Below are positions 54,361 through 62,539 of a stretch of DNA of 64,000 nucleotides, in pieces. The position numbers and the translations under genes were made by a program. The DNA comes from a virus. The first letter of the stretch is position 1. Every line of letters starts with the position of its first letter. The notes below the pieces were generated by a model that worked only from the letters and a program-made list of their open reading frames with translations, did not search any database and was not told the origin of the DNA. The stretch is taken from IMG/VR virus record IMGVR_UViG_3300050120_000074, positions 1-64,000 of that record. The stretch is one strand, 5' to 3'.

Positions 54361-55530
54361 TTATTGAACTGCCGACCAGTAGTGCGTCGTGCCGCCGTTG
54401 AAGTTTTTTAGCAATTGAAATGCTCGTGTCGTGTTTGCTGCCGCCGTGGTGAGCGACGTGAAACTACCCGCTGCGTTTGGAATGCTGGCCGTGATCGTAG
54501 TGATCGCGTTGCGGAAAAACACCTTGAAGATTCCGCCATCCGGGAACAGGGCGGCATCCGGGAAAACGATGGTGAAGGCGGCAATCGTGGCTGTATGGAG
54601 CAGGTGCAGCGTGTCGTAACCTGCGGCCATTGTGAAGCTGCCGCCAGTGACCGGAGACGTGAACGTGTACGATGAGCTGGCGATCAGGCTGAGCGTGATG
54701 ATCGGCGCGTTGAAGTCTTGACCGTGCACGGTCTTCTTCGTAGTTATTGTCGAAGGCAATGCGTTCATGCGGAATGCGGCGTAATCGGTGAGCGTGCCGG
54801 TCATCGACGGAACTTCAGCCAGGAACCCGTGGCCGAGCGTTATGACACCTGGGCTCGTCACGTTTGTCTCAGAGCGAACGCCTGCCGCTTCTGTCATCGT
54901 TCCGGTGGCACAGTTCAACAAACCAAGGACAGCCTTAGCGCTTGTAGTTACGCCAGCCTGGCCGTGATCAACACGTCCTTCCGTACCGATCAGCATTGCC
55001 AGCGTTCCGGTATTATTGAGAACCCCCCATCCCATCGCGCCGCAGAGATGACCGCCGCCTGTGAGGCTATAGGGTGAAGTCCATACAGCCTGGCCAAATG
55101 TACCGAAGAAGATCCCCTGGCTGTTCGCTGCTGGTGCGACTGTAAAGACAGAGCTAACCGGGCTCAGAAGATCAGTCGTCGTCGATGTCGAAGACGGCGT
55201 GAACTGGGCACCCGTCAGCAACGTCCCAGTGACCTTTGCGTCAAGACCTGCCTGCTGCAAAGTCGAGATCGGCTTGCTGGCGTCGGCAGTGTTGTTGACG
55301 TTCGACAGGCCAACATCAGTTGACGTCAGGACAACCGCGCCAGTTCGGCCAGAAACGGTGGTCACCGCGTTCACCTGGGCGCCTGCGGCTATACCGGCGA
55401 GCTTGGTCTTATCAGCGGTCACATAATCGTTGCTGGACAAGCCCATACCAACAGCGGTATTGACCTTGCCATTGGTGAGGCTCTTGATGTCAGCGCCAAT
55501 GGCCTGTACCAGGGACGTGAGCGTAGTCAT
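54361..55530 (-). CDS. Tail-fibre-like protein
   Basis: LSSNDYVTADKTKLAGIAAGAQVN and VSGRTGAVVLTSTDVGLSNVNNTADASKPIS are classic fibre repeat motifs. Confidence 0.65.
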   Translation of the reverse strand: MTTLTSLVQAIGADIKSLTNGKVNTAVGMGLSSNDYVTADKTKLAGIAAGAQVNAVTTVSGRTGAVVLTSTDVGLSNVNNTADASKPISTLQQAGLDAKVTGTLLTGAQFTPSSTSTTTDLLSPVSSVFTVAPAANSQGIFFGTFGQAVWTSPYSLTGGGHLCGAMGWGVLNNTGTLAMLIGTEGRVDHGQAGVTTSAKAVLGLLNCATGTMTEAAGVRSETNVTSPGVITLGHGFLAEVPSMTGTLTDYAAFRMNALPSTITTKKTVHGQDFNAPIITLSLIASSSYTFTSPVTGGSFTMAAGYDTLHLLHTATIAAFTIVFPDAALFPDGGIFKVFFRNAITTITASIPNAAGSFTSLTTAAANTTRAFQLLKNFNGGTTHYWSAVQ

Positions 55531-55542
55531 GAGCCCCATGGA

Positions 55543-56040
55543 TCAAGACTTCGCAGTGGTGTAGGCGCCAACCAGGTCGGTCGTAGGATCACCGATACCC
55601 AGGTTCGTGCAAGCCGTAAGCTGCTGCGGCGCCGTCAGTGACTGAGACATGGAGAAATCCAGCTTGTTGCTCAGACTGGTGGCCAGGGTCGCAGCGAAGG
55701 ACTCATCGCTAGTGATGATGTCCTGCAACTCTTTGAAGGTATCCATCGCAGAGCTTGCGCCACCGACCAGCGTGGCCTGAAGGGTCGAAATCGCGGAGGC
55801 GATATACGAGACCGATTTTGAAGCAGACCAGGTCACCGTGGTGGCGCCAGCGCCAGCCGAGTCATTGATCGAAACACCAGCCGAGCTGAGCAGCCCGAAC
55901 AATTCATTGACCGCAGCAACCAGGCTCGTCTTGGCCGTGGTGGAAAGCGCAGTCACGTCGCCGACACTGGCCTTCACCGCTTTTACATCAGCGCCCATAG
56001 CTTGCGCGAGAGCGATGATTTGTTGGTTTAGCGTAGTCAC
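55543..56040 (-). CDS. Tail-fibre-like protein (short)
   Basis: N-terminus homologous to the next gene (MTTLNQQIIALAQAMGADVKAV). TWSASKSVSYIASAI...MDTFKELQDIITSDESFAATL is a fibre/collar motif. Confidence 0.6.
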   Translation of the reverse strand: MTTLNQQIIALAQAMGADVKAVKASVGDVTALSTTAKTSLVAAVNELFGLLSSAGVSINDSAGAGATTVTWSASKSVSYIASAISTLQATLVGGASSAMDTFKELQDIITSDESFAATLATSLSNKLDFSMSQSLTAPQQLTACTNLGIGDPTTDLVGAYTTAKS

Positions 56041-56042
56041 GG

Positions 56043-56270
56043 TCAGCTCCTGGCCAGAATGTAATAGGCCGTTGGGTCAATGGGTAAGGCGGTCGATACG
56101 AAGAGCTTGTTGTCGCTGCCGAGATCCAAGTCATTGCCTGCATCAGTGCTGACTTGGGCAGTTCCGGTTAGCGCCTGGACGATGGCCAGTGGCGCATCTG
56201 CCGGTGTCGTTACGGTAAGCTCAAGGTTCGGAGAAACTGGCTGAAAATCAAGCGTGATGATGTCACTCAT
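56043..56270 (-). CDS. Small hypothetical protein
   Basis: 75-aa ORF coupled on both sides. Confidence 0.4.
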   Translation of the reverse strand: MSDIITLDFQPVSPNLELTVTTPADAPLAIVQALTGTAQVSTDAGNDLDLGSDNKLFVSTALPIDPTAYYILARS

Positions 56271-56584
56271 GATCTCGTCACGTCCCTGATAATTGCAAAG
56301 GATTGCGTGCTGCTACTGACCGTATAGCCGTCCGATGTGCGCATGAACTGGACATCAAACTCAGCGGTCCCGGATGGCCAAAGAGTTGTATCGGCGACCT
56401 TGAGCTGGAGCACGCGAGTAACGGTCGCGTCAGACCACGAGCAAACGACGTCGGCGATGAAGTCACCGTTCGGTTTTCTGATCTGACACGTCACTGCGAA
56501 TCCAACAAAGTACCCATCGGCCAACGCGGTCGGGATATTCGCCATCAGCAGGAACGTGTCGCCACGTTTTAATTTGAAATCCAT
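56267..56584 (-). CDS. Small Ig-like/beta-sandwich phage protein
   Basis: MDFKLKRGDTFLL... is an N-terminus I associate with small beta-sandwich proteins preceding fibre genes (low certainty). Confidence 0.4.
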   Translation of the reverse strand: MDFKLKRGDTFLLMANIPTALADGYFVGFAVTCQIRKPNGDFIADVVCSWSDATVTRVLQLKVADTTLWPSGTAEFDVQFMRTSDGYTVSSSTQSFAIIRDVTRS

Positions 56585-56723
56585 CGTGCGGTTCTCCCCT
56601 ATTCCCGAATTCTGGCATCATCGCACGACTATCTTTTGATCAGGATTCCGACGCGATTCTGAAGGTCGCATAAAGGTAAATAGATGACGTCAAACTGTTG
56701 GCTTTTGCAGTATGCAGATGGCC

Positions 56724-57317
56724 TTAATCAATCGAAAGTCCAAGGCTTTCTGCTCGGCGCCGCGCCTTGTTTCCATTGCCGCCACCGAATGAATCGAAGA
56801 TGGCGTCTTCTGCCTGTGTGGCGCCCTTGGCGGCCTTTGCATGGCCAACGCAGACCTTGGTGGGCTCGCCGTGCTCGTCCGTCTCGGCATGGCACATGAA
56901 CCCCCTGGCATCGTGCGCCATGAAGTCGGCGTCGTCGGTGGTGATTGGTGATTGGTTCGCAATCGAGCCAAGGCGATAGGCGCATCCATGGCAGAGCCCA
57001 TCCTGATCATCGATACGGCTGGCGATCATAACGCCGTGGCACGCACCGATGATAGTCGGTAGATTGACGCTGTCGAACTTGTCCGGGTGTACGCCGCACT
57101 CCTCGATCAGAACCTGGTCGGACATCTCGCGGCAGTTCGCGACGACCGAGTTGGCCATGCTAATGAACTGGGCGAATAGCCTGATAAAATCTTCCTGCCC
57201 GTGTACTTCCGCGTAGGCCCTGAGCACGCTAGCGCGCACGATGGAATCCATCTGCGCTAAGCCTGCGATATCAGAGGCCTGCTCCGGTGTCATGATGTAA
57301 TCGGTTTTTGCTGTCAT
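56724..57317 (-). CDS. Cys/His-rich hypothetical protein
   Basis: GACHGVMIASRIDDQDGLCHGCAYRLG...FMCHAETDEHGEPTKVCVGH. Confidence 0.45.
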   Translation of the reverse strand: MTAKTDYIMTPEQASDIAGLAQMDSIVRASVLRAYAEVHGQEDFIRLFAQFISMANSVVANCREMSDQVLIEECGVHPDKFDSVNLPTIIGACHGVMIASRIDDQDGLCHGCAYRLGSIANQSPITTDDADFMAHDARGFMCHAETDEHGEPTKVCVGHAKAAKGATQAEDAIFDSFGGGNGNKARRRAESLGLSID

Positions 57318-57952
57318 GGCCTGTTGTCCGCGCCACAGTGGTGGCAGTCGCTGAAGTACCGGCCATTGCCAGAGATGAATCTCCCACAGCCGCCGCAGTT
57401 GTACACGTCACGCATACGTTTTTGCTTCGGCAGCTTGGCCAGCTTGATACCAGCCTTGGCGATTGCCTGCGGGTGCACGTTGATGATCGGGCAGACCTTT
57501 CGAGCTTTCGTGTTGATATAGCTCAACGGCCAGATTATGCGTGGAGCACCATCGGTATCGCGCACCACATCCTCGGCCTGGGCGAGCGATGTCTTCCAGG
57601 CGGCATCATAGTTGTAGGTCGTGACGCTGCCCCAGCCGCTGAATAGGATGTCGTTGCCGTTCCACTGCTTCCCGATCTGGATGACGCACATGCACCCGCT
57701 GACCAATAGAGGGGCCGCTTCTTCCTGGCTCAGGTACTGGTGATCGACCGAGACCTCGGCGCTGCTGTCGATGTACGTCACCGGCCAGGGTATGTCGGTC
57801 TCACGTCTCCGGTTGCGCTGCTGAGCGTCCTCAAAGCTGTACTTCTCGGCCTCACCCAGATTGCTGGTATAGCCCTTGCCATCGATAGCCCACCACATCA
57901 TTCGGTCGCCGACGCAAGATCGGCTATCTTGCAGGTAGAAGAGTTCAGACAT
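57314..57952 (-). CDS. Hypothetical protein with C-terminal zinc ribbon (start 57952 or 57964)
   Basis: YNCGGCGRFISGNGRYFSDCHHCGADN. ATGA coupling downstream. Confidence 0.45.
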   Translation of the reverse strand: MSELFYLQDSRSCVGDRMMWWAIDGKGYTSNLGEAEKYSFEDAQQRNRRRETDIPWPVTYIDSSAEVSVDHQYLSQEEAAPLLVSGCMCVIQIGKQWNGNDILFSGWGSVTTYNYDAAWKTSLAQAEDVVRDTDGAPRIIWPLSYINTKARKVCPIINVHPQAIAKAGIKLAKLPKQKRMRDVYNCGGCGRFISGNGRYFSDCHHCGADNRP

Positions 57953-58787
57953 CGGCGCCACCACTGCGCAGGACTGCGCTCATCGGCACAACACGATAGA
58001 ACTTGGTCCAGTACACATCCTGGCCCTCGCCGGATTCGTAGACAATGACCGAGGTGCAGCCTTCCTCCGGCAGATTGAGGCTCTCGATCTCTTCGGCGAT
58101 TGCATCGCGGATCAGGCCGTAGTCGTCCTCACCAAACCACGAGTTATTGAACATCTGCGAGATGCGTACGTCATACTCGCCTTCGGTGATATCGCAGCCG
58201 CGCTCGGTGTCGATGACAACCTCAAACAGGCGTTGATAACCCTTACGATCCTTCAGGCCGGAGAAGTCGTAGCTATCGTGTTCCAGCAACTCGCGGGCGC
58301 CGGAGAAGTCGAAGCTTGTTTTTTCCGGCCAGCCCATCTCATCGCCAATGGACAAGATCTCGCGCAACTGCACGCGTAATTCACGGATCAAAGATGCCTG
58401 CTTATAGTTCACTTCTGCGCGGCCTTGCTCGACAGCCTTGAAACTATCGCGCTGTGCGGCCAGGCGTCTGATGGCAGCCTCTACTTCTCCGCTAGCCGTG
58501 GCACCCTCACCCAGCATCGCGATACCTGCATCGGTTAGAGCGCCAACAATCTCGGCGCTGAGGCGGTCGCGGTCTTCGATAACACGGATGCAGGTGCGTT
58601 GCTGGCTGTCGCGATCCTCGCGTAACTGGCTGACCTCGTCAAACAGCCCCAGCACCACGCAGACGTTGCTGACCTCATCAACGTAGATGGATTGAGCTTC
58701 TTCGTAAAGGTCACGGTCTTCGCTGTCGATCAGATTGGCATAGCGATCAGCGATCACTTTCAGTTCGGCATTGGTGATCATTGGCAT
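57945..58787 (-). CDS. Acidic hypothetical protein
   Basis: 280-aa ORF. Overlaps both neighbours. Confidence 0.45.
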   Translation of the reverse strand: MPMITNAELKVIADRYANLIDSEDRDLYEEAQSIYVDEVSNVCVVLGLFDEVSQLREDRDSQQRTCIRVIEDRDRLSAEIVGALTDAGIAMLGEGATASGEVEAAIRRLAAQRDSFKAVEQGRAEVNYKQASLIRELRVQLREILSIGDEMGWPEKTSFDFSGARELLEHDSYDFSGLKDRKGYQRLFEVVIDTERGCDITEGEYDVRISQMFNNSWFGEDDYGLIRDAIAEEIESLNLPEEGCTSVIVYESGEGQDVYWTKFYRVVPMSAVLRSGGADV

Positions 58788-59488
58788 TAGTCGCGCTCCA
58801 GCTTCTTGGTATCGGCGTACTCCAGGCCAATGGGCGATTCTTTCGAGATCGCATCCAAACCTAGCCGCGTAATGGTATTCGTGGCATAGGCGTTGACCTC
58901 GATCTTCGCCTTCTCCACGGTACGCTCCATGTGCTTATCGAACTGGTCAGCCACAAACTTGGAGCTACTGCCGATCTCGCACTCAATGCGGTTGAGGCGG
59001 CTCAGGATGGCCTTCGTAGTCTTCGCCGGAATCTTGGCATCTCCCAGCTCTGATCGCAGCGCATGGATCTCCTCCAGAGCCTGCTTCATATTTTCGCCAA
59101 GCTCGCCAGCGAACTGCGCAGAGCGATCAACCGGAGCAGGAAGGCCTGGAACCATTTTCCTGTTATGCCGCTGAAGTGTGCATTGCGTGCCGCTGCCGAC
59201 GTTCATCGAGCTGACGAAGGCCGCCCACTGCGCCTCACTCAGTGCGACCTCAATGTACTCTTCATCACCATGCGCCCAGTCTTTCGACAGATGACGACGG
59301 AGGGTGCTATTGCAGATGGATACCGTCACGTAGTGCTGGTGAATGAAGTCCGATCCGTACAGCACGGCATTACCACTTACTCGGCTGGCACGGATCTGCG
59401 CATAGGCCGGGTGCGTGACTGTGATCGAGTCACCGCCAGGCGTGAACGGATCAGGAGTTTCTACCGGGTTTTCGACGAGACGACTCAA
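58787..59488 (-). CDS. Hypothetical protein
   Basis: 233-aa ORF. ATGA coupling to the clamp-like gene. Confidence 0.45.
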   Translation of the reverse strand: MSRLVENPVETPDPFTPGGDSITVTHPAYAQIRASRVSGNAVLYGSDFIHQHYVTVSICNSTLRRHLSKDWAHGDEEYIEVALSEAQWAAFVSSMNVGSGTQCTLQRHNRKMVPGLPAPVDRSAQFAGELGENMKQALEEIHALRSELGDAKIPAKTTKAILSRLNRIECEIGSSSKFVADQFDKHMERTVEKAKIEVNAYATNTITRLGLDAISKESPIGLEYADTKKLERD

Positions 59489-60213
59489 TTCGGTTCACCT
59501 TTTTCGTATCGCTGAACCAAAAACCCTACGAAGTCAGGCAGGCGGGTATTAGGCTGAATATCCTTGGCTGGCATAATGACCCCCATGAATCGATCAATGA
59601 GCTTGTCCGATGGCGTTCTAGCAAGCTTTTCGAAGCGAACAATGACCTGGCCGTGCTCGCCATTGGTGATGAACTGGAAAGCACCTGGCCACTTTTTGTC
59701 GTTCTTGCCGAGGATCGATGCGGCCTTGGTGAATCTGTCGATCAGCGCCACGTTCATGAAAGGCAAAGTCTTTTCATCGGATGGCTTATACATCGCAATC
59801 ACGCGCACAATGTCGGGGAACTTGCCATCAACGAGCTCAGACTTCACGGTCGCCAAGACATCGCATCCAAACAGCTCGGGAGGCGCTGAGTTTCCAGAAT
59901 AGGTGACCACCGAGCAGCGCTCGGAGATCCATGTCTTCGACTCGCGACTACCCGTATAGGGCTTCATATCCCTCGCTTTCAAGGCCTTCAGAAAATCGCC
60001 GTCTGGCGATCTGAGGATGATCGGAGCATTCGCGAAACCATCAGGATCATGCATCAAGCCCATACAGTGACCATCAGTTGCAACGATCAATACGCCACCT
60101 TGCGGGTGAGGTGCGATATAGACGCCTTCGAGGTAGAATCTGACATCATTCTTTGCCGCGAAGCAGGTGATGGCAGCCAGGTAAGTCGAGTTGACGCGTG
60201 CGATGAATTCCAT
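59485..60213 (-). CDS. Truncated (about two-domain) DnaN / beta-sliding-clamp-like protein
   Basis: VRFYLEGVYIAPHPQGGVLIVATDGHCMG parallels the DnaN motif RYYLNGMLFE....VATDGHRLA. Only 242 aa. Confidence 0.55.
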   Translation of the reverse strand: MEFIARVNSTYLAAITCFAAKNDVRFYLEGVYIAPHPQGGVLIVATDGHCMGLMHDPDGFANAPIILRSPDGDFLKALKARDMKPYTGSRESKTWISERCSVVTYSGNSAPPELFGCDVLATVKSELVDGKFPDIVRVIAMYKPSDEKTLPFMNVALIDRFTKAASILGKNDKKWPGAFQFITNGEHGQVIVRFEKLARTPSDKLIDRFMGVIMPAKDIQPNTRLPDFVGFLVQRYEKGEPN

Positions 60214-60266
60214 GCAGTGATGCTCTCTGCTGAATGGGCGCGTTCAGGCGCCCGGTGACGAGATGG

Positions 60267-60671
60267 TTACTGACGCTTACCGGCTTCGAGAATAGGCAGG
60301 GAAGCCTCGGTAGGGATGTAGATCACCTGATTCTTCGTACTCTCCAGGGCCTGGATCTTCAGGTACTCCAGATAGCCTTCTGGTCCGCCCAAGCCATCGG
60401 CAATGATCTGGTTTGCCTGTGCTGCACCCTTGGCCCGGGTTATCTCAGCCTCAGCCAAGAAGATCGCCGATTCCGACTTGGCCTTCGCCTCAGCCGTGGC
60501 GATCTGGCGGGTGTAGTTGGCCTGTGCCAGCTCAGCCTCGCCAGACTTCTGGGCTCGCCACATGTTCCACATCGGCAGCCCGAACATCAGAGCGCTGATG
60601 ACTGCGGCGACAAGGATAACGACGACAATGAGTCCCGCTACATCAGAGCTACCACGTTGGTTGCTTTTCAT
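60267..60671 (-). CDS. Single-TM protein with SPFH/prohibitin C-terminal-like coiled region
   Basis: TM GLIVVVILVAAVISALMFGL. AEAEITRAKGAAQANQIIADGLGGPEGYLEYLKIQALE resembles HflC/prohibitin C-terminal segments. Confidence 0.5.
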   Translation of the reverse strand: MKSNQRGSSDVAGLIVVVILVAAVISALMFGLPMWNMWRAQKSGEAELAQANYTRQIATAEAKAKSESAIFLAEAEITRAKGAAQANQIIADGLGGPEGYLEYLKIQALESTKNQVIYIPTEASLPILEAGKRQ

Positions 60672-60725
60672 GCTGTTGATACCTTCTGCTATGGGATTGG
60701 TGGTTTGTTATGCGCGAAGCTTGAC

Positions 60726-61595
60726 TCAGATTGGCTCGCCACTACGGAGGCGATCCACCTCGGCCTGCGCTTTAGAAAGAGCAGCCTCTGCACTCCTCAG
60801 AGCCACCTGCTCCTTTTCAGCCTTGATGCCAGCCAGAAGGTTCTTAGCATCCTGCGGAACATCGGCGCCGATCTTGATGGCGCACTTAATGGCGTCTTCA
60901 ATCAGGCTATCTCGGTGTTTCTCGGACATCACTTTCACAAATCGAGCGGCCATCGCCAGCTTGGCGAATTCAAATGCCTCATCGAGAGACTTGAACAGAC
61001 GGATCTCGACATGGCCCCCGTAATGGTTGCTGTACTTGTGGACTCCCCATTGGAGATCACCACCGGTCTTCCCATAGAGGGCCAGCAGTTTGACGTCTCG
61101 ACTGTAGGAGCTTTCACGGTCATCGTCGGCTACCCGTAGCGCTGCCTCAATCGTCATGACCGATACGCTGTAATCAGTCAGCGTGACAGCGTGCGTCATG
61201 CGTTTCTCGATGATGTCTTCGAGATACTGGAGCGCTTCATAGCGGGACAGGCGCGCCATGAGCTGTTTCTCGGTTTCCTTTTGCTGCGTCAGCTCGTGCT
61301 TTTCAAGGCGCAGCTCGTTGACCGCTTTCTGATGAGCCTGAATTTCTTCATTGAGGCTTGCAACCTGCTTGCGCTTTGATTGGATCGCAGTGTCGAAGCG
61401 TGGCTCTGGCGCTGTCGCGAAGACCTGTTGCTCAAACTGAGGAGCCGAAAACTCCTCGTAGGGCTCTCCTTCTTCGTCATCGTGCACGTCATACAGCTTT
61501 TCGACGATGAAGCCGCCAGGGGCTTCGGAGATGAACCGGCACTGATGCCCGTCCAGAAGACAGACCGTTTGGCCTTGGGTGAAGGTGGTGGTCAT
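60726..61595 (-). CDS. Hypothetical protein with central coiled coil
   Basis: 289-aa ORF. First gene after the AT-rich gap at 61596-61717. Confidence 0.45.
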   Translation of the reverse strand: MTTTFTQGQTVCLLDGHQCRFISEAPGGFIVEKLYDVHDDEEGEPYEEFSAPQFEQQVFATAPEPRFDTAIQSKRKQVASLNEEIQAHQKAVNELRLEKHELTQQKETEKQLMARLSRYEALQYLEDIIEKRMTHAVTLTDYSVSVMTIEAALRVADDDRESSYSRDVKLLALYGKTGGDLQWGVHKYSNHYGGHVEIRLFKSLDEAFEFAKLAMAARFVKVMSEKHRDSLIEDAIKCAIKIGADVPQDAKNLLAGIKAEKEQVALRSAEAALSKAQAEVDRLRSGEPI

Positions 61596-61717
61596 GCGTA
61601 GGTTGCTCCCGTTCGATACCTGTCAGCCACGATACCGAACGGGGAAACCAAATACAACTACATGCTAATATTTATTTTACTATTCTATAACTACTCCGAA
61701 GACAGATCGGCGCTGCC

Positions 61718-62539
61718 TTAGTCCTTGTGGTAGCCAGCGTCGATCATGTCCTCCACCGTAGCCGCGACGATGTTTCCACGGACAAGGTCATTGGGGAAGT
61801 GACGCCCCGCATGAATCGTCGAAAGCGCATTGCGGATCTGGTGAAGACGTTCGTCCGCAGCAATCTGCTCCGGCGTACGGATTGGACGGAAGCATCCGTA
61901 CATGCCCTGCGCCACACATGCTACGCCGCGATTAGGGTTACCTGGGTTGAAGGTGAATGCAGCGATATCGCTTTCTCCATCCTTGAAGTGGGCAATGATC
62001 GTTACCTGGGCGCCTTCCTTCAGATCCTTGTCAGATGGATCGTACGAGCACGGCGTGTATCCAACGAACTCGCACAGTGTGCCGACAGGCGGAAGCTCTT
62101 TTGCGCCCCATGCAGGCTTCTCATAGAACATAGATCGGCCTTCCTCAGTTGATTTTTCTGGGCTTGGCAGGAGCGCTACCTCTGGCGGATATAGCGCGAG
62201 GAATGTCACACCCTCTCGCAACTTGTCCCGCAACGTGCCGTCACGGCCTTGGTATAGGTCTCCGTGATCGCAGTACCAATCTCCCTCTTCCCCGTGCGTG
62301 TTGCAGATCCAAATAGGGAAGCCATACGGCGGGATAATGTTGGGGCGCTTCGGTTTTCGCCACACCTTGAAGGCCCAGCCTTCGTGCATCTTCGGCACCT
62401 CGACGCCGTCGATACCCTGGAAGTGCTCGGCAAACTCGGTGTACCAGCCGGTTACAGGCACATGGTTGCCATGGCGCAGATCTTCGAGCCATACAGGAAA
62501 TGCAGCGAGCTGTTCTTTCCAGTTCGGGCGCCCGCTCAT
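61718..62539 (-). CDS. Trp-rich hypothetical protein sharing a C-terminal module with the upstream gene
   Basis: ATGA coupling. ...GCFRPIRTPEQIAADERL parallels ...VDFLPRRTPEQIASEARI of 62536-63876. Confidence 0.45.
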   Translation of the reverse strand: MSGRPNWKEQLAAFPVWLEDLRHGNHVPVTGWYTEFAEHFQGIDGVEVPKMHEGWAFKVWRKPKRPNIIPPYGFPIWICNTHGEEGDWYCDHGDLYQGRDGTLRDKLREGVTFLALYPPEVALLPSPEKSTEEGRSMFYEKPAWGAKELPPVGTLCEFVGYTPCSYDPSDKDLKEGAQVTIIAHFKDGESDIAAFTFNPGNPNRGVACVAQGMYGCFRPIRTPEQIAADERLHQIRNALSTIHAGRHFPNDLVRGNIVAATVEDMIDAGYHKD

